Numbered from the stretch's first letter, positions 39,699 to 49,125 are shown. The stretch is 64,000 nucleotides of DNA from Nanobdellota archaeon (GCA_030648155.1 JAUSIK010000016.1:242961-306960); one strand, 5' to 3'. Program-made: numbers and translations. The notes: generated by a model not told the origin, from the sequence alone.

Positions 39699-39732
39699 TT
39701 TAAAATGGATGAATGAGGATATTTAAGTTTAT

Positions 39733-40590
39733 TCAAAATGGAATTGAATCTCTTTCTGTAATGCGAAGGCCGAGTGAAGCGTACCAAGGAGAATTACTGC
39801 GACAACCTATCTTTACACAATAGTCACTTGAATCGTACCACGCTGGAGCTACTATTATTTTATCTAGTATTGAATTTACCCTATATAAGAGAGGATCATT
39901 ATCAGTGAGCCAATAATAAACATTTTGGATTTCTTCTAAATTGTTAGAACCTAAAAGAGCTTCATAATTTGAAGGCCTATAACTGTCTCTTACAAATTCG
40001 TCTGGAAGGGTAAAATATTCTCTAATTTCATATTTATCAGGCATATCTATATTATGAACAATTACATCTTCTAAAGAAAGTGCTTTAGGTTGATAAAAGA
40101 GTGTTGTAGTTGTTGCAAGGTAATGCTCAATCATGCAATTTTTTATAAATTTCCTAATTTCTTCTTTAATTGGACTATCTGACATTTTATAAGCTTTTGT
40201 AAAACTAGCGTGATGTAAAGGCATATCGCCTGTATAAAAATCTCCTCTAGCTTTGGCTTCAATTGAATAAAGAATCCATTCATCTTGTGTTTTTCTATTT
40301 CCACCATCCAGTAGGTATTTAAATAAATCTACCGTAACTATTTCATCTCTATATACAACTCCTGGAATTGTCCAAAAATCAGAGTGGTTTTGAATAGGGG
40401 AAATTGGTGAGTCATCTATTTTTGTTGTAGGAGGTATTGGAACTTTATTCTTTTCTTCTAACTTTGCTTTTATTTTTTCTTTTCTGATTAAAGCTTCGGT
40501 TTGTTTGTTTAATTCATGTGCTAGGTTGGGATCATATTTTCTGTTTATTCTATCTGGGTTTGGATCTCCAATTATTTTTATATCGGTCAT
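39733..40590 (-). CDS. Variable-C-terminus protein A (paralogue of 43250..44122)
   Basis: 116-bp block identical to the paralogue (40357..40472 = 43892..44007), divergent C-terminus ending SLGLRI. Confidence 0.8.
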   Translation of the reverse strand: MTDIKIIGDPNPDRINRKYDPNLAHELNKQTEALIRKEKIKAKLEEKNKVPIPPTTKIDDSPISPIQNHSDFWTIPGVVYRDEIVTVDLFKYLLDGGNRKTQDEWILYSIEAKARGDFYTGDMPLHHASFTKAYKMSDSPIKEEIRKFIKNCMIEHYLATTTTLFYQPKALSLEDVIVHNIDMPDKYEIREYFTLPDEFVRDSYRPSNYEALLGSNNLEEIQNVYYWLTDNDPLLYRVNSILDKIIVAPAWYDSSDYCVKIGCRSNSPWYASLGLRITERDSIPF

Positions 40591-40591
40591 T

Positions 40592-41533
40592 TTAGATATT
40601 AACTCCAAATTTAGATGGGTCTTCGTTGGAAACGACGACTACTCGACCAACAGTGTCACAATTAGACAAATACTCATAGTTTGAGTTAATGTCGAGGACC
40701 CTGTTAAGACAAAGTCCCGCAAGTCCTGAATCTCTTATCCATAATTGTCTGTTTCCTGCAACTTGCTTAGTATAAATTTTAGTGGGAAGGCCTGTTTTTT
40801 CGTCCATTTCTACAGAGTTAAAATATCGTTCAGATTGGCTAAATAGAATAGGGGCATCAAAGAAGTTTTGAATAGTTGAATCAGTAACATTAAAAGATAA
40901 TTTGTATATTGAATTATTATCTTTTCTTAGTTTTAATGTAAATAGAGGAAGAACATAGACACTATCTTCTTTGAGATTTATGCCTTTTGATTTAAATTGT
41001 TCGAATAAATCCTGTGCTAGATATGAATTTGGATCTTGTTTTGTTCTTAATACAAGAGATGTGTCTTCGTAATAACCGCTTAACTTTAATGTACTTGATT
41101 TTAGTATTTTTTCTAGATCTGCATGGGTTGCTGTTCTAAATTGGGGGAATTGTTCTTTTAGAATTTCATTTACTGCTGTTACATAGAAAGGTGTTGAGCC
41201 TGTTATAACTTTATTTTGATCGTTGTAAACTACTTTCGTTATTGCTGTGGAAAATCCATATCTTTCTTGGACTTTTTGATTGATTTGTTTTCCGAATTCT
41301 CCTCCTAGGAAAAAGGCGTATTTGAAATCTAATAGTGGAGGGGAAATTGTAGGGGGTGTTGATTCTGTAATTGTATTTTGTTTGGGTTTATTTTTGGCAT
41401 CTAATTTTGCTTTTATTTTTTCTTGTCTTATTTGTTTTTCTGTTTCTTCATTGAGTTTTCTGGCTAGGTCTTTATCGTAACGAGAGATTCTGTTATTATC
41501 CGAATCGCCGAGGATATTAATTTTGGAGGTCAT
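40592..41533 (-). CDS. Variable-C-terminus protein B, candidate DGR target (paralogue of 44119..45099)
   Basis: 88-bp identical 5' block (41430..41517 = 44999..45086); NNY-variable codons at 40649..40711. Confidence 0.8.
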   Translation of the reverse strand: MTSKINILGDSDNNRISRYDKDLARKLNEETEKQIRQEKIKAKLDAKNKPKQNTITESTPPTISPPLLDFKYAFFLGGEFGKQINQKVQERYGFSTAITKVVYNDQNKVITGSTPFYVTAVNEILKEQFPQFRTATHADLEKILKSSTLKLSGYYEDTSLVLRTKQDPNSYLAQDLFEQFKSKGINLKEDSVYVLPLFTLKLRKDNNSIYKLSFNVTDSTIQNFFDAPILFSQSERYFNSVEMDEKTGLPTKIYTKQVAGNRQLWIRDSGLAGLCLNRVLDINSNYEYLSNCDTVGRVVVVSNEDPSKFGVNI

Positions 41534-41534
41534 T

Positions 41535-43253
41535 TTATTTTATTCCTCCCCTATATATGGAATCTGTGATATTTACTGCTGTTTGAGCGATATCTCTTGC
41601 ATTTTTAATTTTTCCTACAAATAAACCTGCTTTTTCAACATCATTTGACATTTCTGTTGGATTTCCTATTTGAATATGGAAATAGTTATGTCTTTTAGCT
41701 CCCTTTAAGAAGTCTTCCTTTATATCGCTCCAATTGTCTATGATTCCATCTGAAATTGTTCCTAAAAGCATATTTTGATCTTTGAATATATTTTTTATTG
41801 AATCTAGATCAATATTAGTTGAATTGCCGAAAGTTGGGTTTAGTGCTAATTTCTTAGATTCCTCTAAACCATGCTTAACAATTGTTGAACTTGCAAAGGC
41901 CCCTAGACTAATTCCAGTTTGTTTTAATAGATTATTTTCTTTTAAATATCTCAATAAACCATACCACGCTAGAAGTTGGTAGTGGTATTTGCTGTTATCT
42001 CCCCATGGGATATTTAATTTATTCCCTACTTCTATTCCATTGTCTGGGTTTGAGGCCATACTTCCTGAAGTATCAAGAAGCAAAAACCTAAATTCTGGGA
42101 AACCTCTAGGAAGTATTTTTTCTTCTAGGGGTTCTGTTTCGTAATGTGGCTTCTTTTTAAGCTCTACTTTTCCAATTTCATTAAAACCTAATTTTGTATG
42201 CCTTAAATTATCAATTTCTGGATCAAAAGGTCTGGAGCCATAATGAAAAACAGGAGATTGAGATTGTCTTGTGAAAGAACTTACATTTATGTTTAATCTT
42301 TCTGCTAGTGACTGATATAATAAGTCTAACGCTTCAAATGAATTCATCCATGCAGGGGTTTTTTGATTAGATTTATATGCTTCATTAATACGTTGTTTTT
42401 TATACTCACGAGTATTCATTTCTCTGTCGAATTTATTTCCATCTTCTGGAACTTGAGGAACTAGATTTCTATTTGTTCCTTTTCCAGAATGATTGAAAAG
42501 AGGCATTGCGTAACCAGGAGCCATTAATTTTGAGAATTCTTCTGCATATATTTTAGCAACAGAGGGCCAATTTTCTTCATTATTTAGATAATCCCTCATG
42601 CCTTTTCTGTCTCTTTCTTTTTTCATTTTAGAAAGGCCTGTTTTACTTAAGAAATTCTTTAAAACATCTATTATTTTACTTCTATCCTCAACTTTATCTG
42701 TAAAATATAGCCTTAATTTTGCTTTTTGTCTCTTGTTTCCCCATAACAATGCATTAAGCCGGAGATGAGCTTCCATAAATTGAGTAAATTTAGAACTCTT
42801 ACCTGAATCTACATAAGCATCTATAATACCGTCGAGAGAGAAACCGTGACTTAAGTCAAGATGCAAAACAGTATCTTCAAATGCGTTTGCTGAATAATGA
42901 AAGTCTGCTTGTGAAAAACCTTTTTCAGCCAATACAGAAGAAATTGGCTCAATTATTTTTTTTACATGGAATTCCAAGTTTCTTGGACAACCATGATATC
43001 CTTTTCTTCCTCGATGATTTTCCTCATGCCTTGTTAAATCTCTAACTACCTTGGCCGTATTTCCTGGATTGTCTTCTTCGTAAGTAGGGTTATACCCTAG
43101 AGAGATATCAGATAGAGTTTGAGTATCTATACAGCCATCAAACCTCGGATACCTATCATGTTGTCTAATAGTATAAGTTCCACTAAAACCTCCTTCCCTA
43201 ATTTCTTCTTCAACTGTTTGCTCTATTAGGTGTTTTAGTTTTTTGAGTGTCAT
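41535..43253 (-). CDS. VWA-domain protein with N-terminal HExxH (zincin-like) motif
   Basis: RHEENH...NAFED; MIDAS LLDTSGSM, ST, ISDG. Confidence 0.8.
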   Translation of the reverse strand: MTLKKLKHLIEQTVEEEIREGGFSGTYTIRQHDRYPRFDGCIDTQTLSDISLGYNPTYEEDNPGNTAKVVRDLTRHEENHRGRKGYHGCPRNLEFHVKKIIEPISSVLAEKGFSQADFHYSANAFEDTVLHLDLSHGFSLDGIIDAYVDSGKSSKFTQFMEAHLRLNALLWGNKRQKAKLRLYFTDKVEDRSKIIDVLKNFLSKTGLSKMKKERDRKGMRDYLNNEENWPSVAKIYAEEFSKLMAPGYAMPLFNHSGKGTNRNLVPQVPEDGNKFDREMNTREYKKQRINEAYKSNQKTPAWMNSFEALDLLYQSLAERLNINVSSFTRQSQSPVFHYGSRPFDPEIDNLRHTKLGFNEIGKVELKKKPHYETEPLEEKILPRGFPEFRFLLLDTSGSMASNPDNGIEVGNKLNIPWGDNSKYHYQLLAWYGLLRYLKENNLLKQTGISLGAFASSTIVKHGLEESKKLALNPTFGNSTNIDLDSIKNIFKDQNMLLGTISDGIIDNWSDIKEDFLKGAKRHNYFHIQIGNPTEMSNDVEKAGLFVGKIKNARDIAQTAVNITDSIYRGGIK

Positions 43254-44122
43254 TTTATATTTACTCCCGAAGTGTTTTGTGATTGGATTTTGGGATGGAT
43301 TCTTATGCCAAGGGAATAATAAATATCAGAATAAGTTTTTGCGCAACTGAGATTGGCCGTAGCAAGACTTGTATCGAACGATCCCATACCTTCCATTATT
43401 TTGTCTGATCTTGAATTTATTCTTATTAAATATACTCTTTTACCTGTTAACCATTCATATACTGAATTGATTTTAGCAAGTTCGTCAACACCTAAAAGAG
43501 CTTTGTAATTTGAAGGCCTTATACTATCTTTTACATATTCATCTCCAAAGACAAACTCTTCTTTGACTGAATATTCATTAGACATGCTTCTGTTATGGAC
43601 AATAATATCTTCTAGAGATCCTATGGGTTGATAATAAATTCTTGTAGTTGTTGCAAGGAAGTGGTCAAACATAAATTTTTTAATAAATTTCCTAATTTCT
43701 TCTTTAATTGGACTATCTGACATTTTATAGGCAGCAGTAAAAACGGCATGATGCAAAGGCATATCGCCTGTATAAAAATCCCCTGCTTTGGCTCCAAATG
43801 AATAAACAATCCAATCATTTTGTGATTTTCTATTTCCGCCATCGAGAAGGGATTTTGATAAATCTACTGTGATAATTTCATCCCTATATATAACTCCTGG
43901 AATTGTCCAAAAATCAGAGTGGTTTTGAATAGGGGAAATTGGTGAGTCATCTATTTTTGTTGTAGGAGGTATTGGAACTTTATTCTTTTCTTCTAACTTT
44001 GCTTTTAGTTTTTCTTTTCTGATTAAAACTTCGGTTTGTTTATTTAATTCATTAGCTAAATTAGGGTCGAATATATATTTTCGATTTGGGTCTGGATCCC
44101 CAATTATTTCTATGTTTTTCAT
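43250..44122 (-). CDS. Variable-C-terminus protein C
   Basis: Paralogue of 39733..40590; stop/start overlaps with neighbours. Confidence 0.8.
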   Translation of the reverse strand: MKNIEIIGDPDPNRKYIFDPNLANELNKQTEVLIRKEKLKAKLEEKNKVPIPPTTKIDDSPISPIQNHSDFWTIPGVIYRDEIITVDLSKSLLDGGNRKSQNDWIVYSFGAKAGDFYTGDMPLHHAVFTAAYKMSDSPIKEEIRKFIKKFMFDHFLATTTRIYYQPIGSLEDIIVHNRSMSNEYSVKEEFVFGDEYVKDSIRPSNYKALLGVDELAKINSVYEWLTGKRVYLIRINSRSDKIMEGMGSFDTSLATANLSCAKTYSDIYYSLGIRIHPKIQSQNTSGVNIK

Positions 44123-45099
44123 TTTATATTTACTCCTAATTTAGATGGGTCTTCGTTGGAGACTATGACTATTCGACCATCATTGAAACAACCAGACAAG
44201 CTCTCATCGTAAGAACTAATGACTAGGCTCCTGCCAAGGAAAAGCCTCACAAGTCCAGAATCTCTTGTCCCTAATTTCCTAAATTCTGCAACTTCCGTAA
44301 AATAAACTGTAGTTGGAAGACCTATTTTTTCATCCATTTCTACAGAGTTGAAATATCCTCCAGATGTGCTTAATAGTATTGGAGCTTCAAAGTAATTTTG
44401 AATAGTTGAATCTGTAATATCAAAAGATAATTTGTACTCTGAGGAATCATCTTTTCTTAGTTTTAATGTAAACAAAGGTATAACATATGCACTATCTTCT
44501 TTAAGATGTAGGTCTCTTGATTTAAATTGATCGAATAAATCTTCTGCTACGTATACATTGGGGTTTTGTTTTTTTCTTAATACTAGGGAAGTATCTTCGT
44601 ACTTGCCCCTTAGATCTAGAGCATATGATTTTATTATTTTTTCTAGATCTGCTTGAGTTGCGGTTCTAAATTGGAGATATTGTTCTTGGAAGATTTCGTT
44701 TACTGCTGTAACATAGAAAGGTGTTGAACCTGTTACAACTCTATTTTGATCATCGTAGATTACTTTGCTTATTGATTCAGTAAAACCATATATTTCTTGG
44801 ACTTTTTCATTTATTTGTTTTCCGAATTCTCCCCCCAGGAAAAAGGCGTATTTGAAATCTAATGATAGGGGAGAAATTGTAGGGAGGGTTATTGGAGAAG
44901 TTTCTGTTCCTGGAGATGGGAGGACCTCGTTTTCTTTTATTTTCTTTTTTCTTTTTTCTTCCAATTCTCTTTTTCTTCTTTCTATTTCTTCTTGTCTAAT
45001 TTGTTTTTCTGTTTCTTCATTGAGTTTTCTGGCTAGGTCTTTATCGTAACGAGAGATTCTGTTATTATCCGAATCGCCGAGGATATGTGTGTTTTTCAT
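44119..45099 (-). CDS. Variable-C-terminus protein D, candidate DGR target
   Basis: Paralogue of 40592..41533; variable codons at 44179..44241. Confidence 0.8.
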   Translation of the reverse strand: MKNTHILGDSDNNRISRYDKDLARKLNEETEKQIRQEEIERRKRELEEKRKKKIKENEVLPSPGTETSPITLPTISPLSLDFKYAFFLGGEFGKQINEKVQEIYGFTESISKVIYDDQNRVVTGSTPFYVTAVNEIFQEQYLQFRTATQADLEKIIKSYALDLRGKYEDTSLVLRKKQNPNVYVAEDLFDQFKSRDLHLKEDSAYVIPLFTLKLRKDDSSEYKLSFDITDSTIQNYFEAPILLSTSGGYFNSVEMDEKIGLPTTVYFTEVAEFRKLGTRDSGLVRLFLGRSLVISSYDESLSGCFNDGRIVIVSNEDPSKLGVNIK

Positions 45100-45100
45100 T

Positions 45101-46453
45101 TTACTTTTTTTTCTCTGAATTAGCAGGGTTAGCAGTAGCCCTATTTTTTATCTCATAATCTATTCTGTTGTTCATCCAACCCATTCCGATTTCTCTTTTA
45201 TCCGTATAGGGTTCACTAGGCATAATTCTATGTTTATCCTTAGCTTCTTGAGAAAGAGAGTTATAATCGCCAAGCTTTCCATTGTGATTAAAGAATTTAA
45301 CTAATGCTCTTCCTTCATGCGCCTCTTGAAAAGAGCTCAATATATAATCGTAATTTGATCTAAAGTCTGCTTTAAGTTTTTCCACTGCTGTTGACATTAG
45401 TAAAGAATTATTTCCATAATATTCTTGGGCAAGAATATTCGGATTTAAGACCCCTTTATATGCTCCCACAAGTTCAAAACTCTTAAACATTAAATCGATA
45501 GTGTCTATTTTTACTTCTGGATCTTTTAATTTTGCAATAAACTGCAAAGCGGCTGCATATCTTATTACTGATTCTGTAACTCTTCTTCCTGAAGAATTCA
45601 TTATATATGAACAAAGTGCAGACTTAGCAGAATTGAACTTGCAATCAGAACACCTCATTGGCCATTCTCTCCCTTTTTTGGAAGTTTTTCCTTCTTCTGC
45701 ATTTAACATACAGTTAGCTAGACCATGTCTAATATAATCAATAACTGCCTTTGCTTCTAGACCAGGATTTATTGTTTCTCTTGCTATTTCTTTTGATGCC
45801 TGAATAATCTTTTGAGTAAGGTCTTTTCTAGGAGCATCTTTTACCCGAGGATTTGCTTCGCGGTTATCTAGGACGAAATGGTCTTCTTGTGTTGGACAAT
45901 AATGGTCTAGATCTATAACTATATGCATTCTGTCATACATTGCAGGATCAATATCAAATGTTCCGGTAAATCTCCCATTGCCCATATTGGCTGTAGCAAG
46001 AAGGAGTAAATAACCATCTCTCCCTAATTTTATGGATTTTCCTTTATAATCCATATCCCCATCTCCTAATGCTAGAAGTTGATTTTGAGTTTTTGTTGGT
46101 GCTCTGTTTACTTCATCTGCTCTGAATAAAAGAGCTTCAATATTGTCGGTAAGATTTCTTTGGGCTTTTGCAATATCTAGTTCTGAAAATATTTCATTAT
46201 AAAGGTCCATTTCTGGATTGCACCTAATTAGAACACCTTCGCCTCCTTCACGTTTATTTCCGTTGAAATAAGTATTATGTATATCGCTCATAAGAGTTGT
46301 TTTTGCAGTTCCTGGACCACCTATTGCTAGTATATTAAGGGCAGAAATAACTCCTGCCTTAAATGCATCACTAACATCTAAATTAGCAAATACATTTCGG
46401 GTATTTCTGTAATTTGGGAGATTTAGATCTTCATAGGTTAATTTAGAAGTCAT
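45101..46453 (-). CDS. MoxR-family AAA+ ATPase
   Basis: Walker A GGPGTAKT, Walker B ADEVNRAPTKTQNQLL, ATAN, GTFDIDPAMYDRM. Confidence 0.9.
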   Translation of the reverse strand: MTSKLTYEDLNLPNYRNTRNVFANLDVSDAFKAGVISALNILAIGGPGTAKTTLMSDIHNTYFNGNKREGGEGVLIRCNPEMDLYNEIFSELDIAKAQRNLTDNIEALLFRADEVNRAPTKTQNQLLALGDGDMDYKGKSIKLGRDGYLLLLATANMGNGRFTGTFDIDPAMYDRMHIVIDLDHYCPTQEDHFVLDNREANPRVKDAPRKDLTQKIIQASKEIARETINPGLEAKAVIDYIRHGLANCMLNAEEGKTSKKGREWPMRCSDCKFNSAKSALCSYIMNSSGRRVTESVIRYAAALQFIAKLKDPEVKIDTIDLMFKSFELVGAYKGVLNPNILAQEYYGNNSLLMSTAVEKLKADFRSNYDYILSSFQEAHEGRALVKFFNHNGKLGDYNSLSQEAKDKHRIMPSEPYTDKREIGMGWMNNRIDYEIKNRATANPANSEKKK

Positions 46454-46593
46454 TGCGCCTCCTCTAAAATTTTAATGTTTAATTCTACAATTGTCTTTGG
46501 TTTTAGTTCGCCTTGCAAAAGTTTTGGAATTATAATAATTGTGTTTTTTCCGTGCTTGGCGATTTTCTTTCTAATCGTAAATTCCTTTGCCAT
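46450..46593 (-). CDS. Small AbrB-like (DUF2080-type) regulator (47 aa), absent from ORF track
   Basis: Hand translation MAKEFTIRKKIAKHGKNTIIIIPKLLQGELKPKTIVELNIKILEEAQ; ATGA overlap with the moxR gene. Confidence 0.75.
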   Translation of the reverse strand: MAKEFTIRKKIAKHGKNTIIIIPKLLQGELKPKTIVELNIKILEEAQ

Positions 46594-46711
46594 TGTGATT
46601 TTATTGCAACTTTACTATAATAATAGTCGAGAAATAGTGTTTATAAATCTTTTGTAATGTTGTAACTTTTTAGGGGTTAATGGTGAGTAATAGTTTGGAG
46701 AGAATTTGAAC

Positions 46712-47578
46712 TCAATTCAAAACAAACTCTGGGCGGGCTAAAATATCTTTTTCTTCTGATTTTTTCATAATAGCTAGAAATTTGCTTTCATGGAAAACTG
46801 CGAAAATATCCTCTAGAGGAAGTTTTTCTATAATGTCTGTTTTCATTAGAGGTTTTCCTGTAAGAAGCTGTTTTATTGAAGACTCTTTAATATTTACTTT
46901 AGGCATCACTTTTAAAATGCAGGATTCTGCTGGAATTAAAATAGACTTTAATAGAATTTCATTTCCATTTTTGTATTCTTCTAGGGCTTTTTCAAACTGA
47001 TAAAGATTTACTGATGTTGACTCTTCAAAAATTGATGCACGAGTTCTTCTTAATTCAAGCATGTGAGCTCCCCCCAGTTCTTTTCCTACCTCGTCGCATA
47101 TTCGACGAATATATGTTCCTGCCTGTACTTCTGCTAAAAATAGAACATCTTTTCCAGCTATTTCTATTATATCGAATTTTTTCACTTCTCTTATTCTTTC
47201 TGCTCTTTTCACACTTGACCTTAAAGGGGGAAGTTGCGTTATTTTTCCTGTTTGAGACTTCATTGCTTTTTTTAAATCAGAGTCCGTAACATCTTTATGC
47301 AAGCGCATAATTCCAACATAGACTTTATCCTTATGCATAAAATATTCATTTAATCTGCATGCTCGACTTAATGCAATTGGAAGGACTCCAGTCACTTGGG
47401 GATAACTCTGTATTGGACGAATCCTTTACTCTAGAGTCCCAAAGTGAGAAGTTTTACTTAGTCCCAATTGCTTTCTTATGTAATCCGATATCGAAAAAGA
47501 TGTCGGACCTGACGGCTTGTCTATATTAATAATGCTGAATTTTAAAAGTTCAGATATTTCTTTTTCTACATTTTTCAC
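46712..47578 (-). CDS. cbf5: Cbf5/TruB pseudouridine synthase; exon 1 47431..47578 (or longer), exon 2 46712..47403
   Basis: INIDKPSGPTS...SHFGTL|DPQVTGVLP after intron removal; QLPPLRSSVKR, AGTYIR, MLELRR; GGAGG before GTG 47578. Confidence 0.9.
47404..47430 (-). other. 27-nt bulge-helix-bulge mRNA intron in cbf5
   Basis: GGGA/TCCC stem, 4-bp CTCT/AGAG helix, 3-nt bulges AGA and TTA, intron stem GTA/TAC with GGA-TTCG-TCC hairpin; removal rebuilds the GAT codon. Confidence 0.92.
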
Positions 47579-48979
47579 ATTCAATTCCTCCTTTATCCTT
47601 TTTATAAGTATTAAAAATTCTCTTCCTTCTTTAGTTAGAGAATACATCAAAGGTTTTCTTTTCACTCCAATTCCTTCAATTTTAACAAAGGATTTATATT
47701 GTTTTTTTCTTAATAAATTTCTAATAGAATTTCCCAAATAGCCTGTTTCTTTAATTAGTCCGTTTGTATCTATTGATTCTTTATTATTTAATAAAGTTAG
47801 ATACTTTTCCATTGTCTTTGTAAAGCTATGCTCTAAAAATCCATTTAATGCATCATTATATCTTTGTTTGTGTATATAGAAAGGAGTTACATTATTTGAG
47901 AAAAATAATTTAAAAAATTCATAAAGGTTTGTCCATCCATCTATAATAAAACGATCTTTTTTTTCCTTAACAAGTTTATTGATTTGACTTTCAACTAATA
48001 TTTTTTTAAACATTTCTTTTTCTTGTTGACTAAAATTTATGGTTATCCTATGCAAAGCCTTGTGTGAACTTCTATCTATGCTCCCTTCTGCACAAAGTAG
48101 TCCATTTAATGCATTTAGTGCTTCTCTACCTTTTAAATTTTGCAGTTGACTAAAAATGTATCTAAAAATTGAACCCACGATCATTTTATCTATTACTATA
48201 CGTAAATTTCCTATTTCGGATGTATTTAAAATTGCTTTCGAGATAGTAGGATAGAATTGCTCTTCCTTAAGTTCTATCTTATCCTTCCAATATTCTTTTG
48301 CTATTAGAGGATCGGAATTATGATTGAATAATAATCTAGCCCGCCAAATATCCTTAGGAATTCTTAATATTTGTTTAAAATTTTTAATTACGAATTGATG
48401 TAGCCCTGCGTCCTTATTTACAAAGTATAGTTTAGTTTTGTAATGACCATCTCCATGAATGAGATAAAATAATTCTATTAATTCAGGGGTAATTTTAATA
48501 AATTGTGGAAGAGTAATTGGAATTGTTCTTTTCTTTATGATAGTAATAAAATTGTTTTCTCTAAAAATTACACTTGAATCATCAATGTTAGACAAGTTTA
48601 TCGAACCTGACCTTTTTTCTTCTAATCGATTAATTGTTTTTATAACCTCGAAATCTAATTTTTCATTATTATTTATTTGCAAAGTCTCGATAATTTCCTT
48701 AAAAATATGGAACTTTCCATATTGACCTAATACAGAAATAAATTCAAATTTTTTATAATTTTTCTGTATTCTAAATATTACTGAATCGCCTTCTTGAAAG
48801 TTATATTTATGCCTCTCTTGTGCTAGAAATGTAGCATAAGCTTTTTTGTTTACATTATTAACTCCGGTATTAAATACTATTAAAATTTCTTCCTTCCTAT
48901 AGAGTTTTTGAAATTCAATAGGATCGATTAACTGATTAGTATACACTACTAAGTCTTTAATTTTGATCTTTGTTAACAT
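47426..48979 (-). CDS. LAGLIDADG endonuclease-like protein with wHTH-like domain, in frame with cbf5 exon 1
   Basis: LFYLIHGDGH and LNGLLCAEGS motifs; YSLTKEGREF wing; no stop before the Cbf5 N-terminus. Confidence 0.8.
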   Translation of the reverse strand: MLTKIKIKDLVVYTNQLIDPIEFQKLYRKEEILIVFNTGVNNVNKKAYATFLAQERHKYNFQEGDSVIFRIQKNYKKFEFISVLGQYGKFHIFKEIIETLQINNNEKLDFEVIKTINRLEEKRSGSINLSNIDDSSVIFRENNFITIIKKRTIPITLPQFIKITPELIELFYLIHGDGHYKTKLYFVNKDAGLHQFVIKNFKQILRIPKDIWRARLLFNHNSDPLIAKEYWKDKIELKEEQFYPTISKAILNTSEIGNLRIVIDKMIVGSIFRYIFSQLQNLKGREALNALNGLLCAEGSIDRSSHKALHRITINFSQQEKEMFKKILVESQINKLVKEKKDRFIIDGWTNLYEFFKLFFSNNVTPFYIHKQRYNDALNGFLEHSFTKTMEKYLTLLNNKESIDTNGLIKETGYLGNSIRNLLRKKQYKSFVKIEGIGVKRKPLMYSLTKEGREFLILIKRIKEELNVKNVEKEISELLKFSIINIDKPSGPTSFSISDYIRKQLGLSKTSHFGTLE

Positions 48980-48987
48980 TTTTTCTC

Positions 48988-49125
48988 CTATTTTATTTTA
49001 TCTCTTAAATATTCTTCTAATACCTTACTTAATTTTTGACCAACCCTTTCGCCTTTTGCTTTACAATAACCTGTAAATCTTCTCCACACCTCTTCGTCTA
49101 TATCCTTAATTAATTTATTCCCCAT
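48988..49125 (-). CDS. Small ribbon-helix-helix-like protein (45 aa), absent from ORF track
   Basis: Hand translation MGNKLIKDIDEEVWRRFTGYCKAKGERVGQKLSKVLEEYLRDKIK. Confidence 0.7.
   Translation of the reverse strand: MGNKLIKDIDEEVWRRFTGYCKAKGERVGQKLSKVLEEYLRDKIK

Noticed and set aside
39733..46593. Complete DGR cassette within the window
   Set aside because: No reverse transcriptase, Avd or non-coding template repeat found; only target-like regions
46712..47578. cbf5 as a pseudogene, stop-readthrough gene or intein host
   Set aside because: A perfect BHB intron explains the stop and restores the catalytic Asp; no intein Cys/Ser start or His-Asn end is visible
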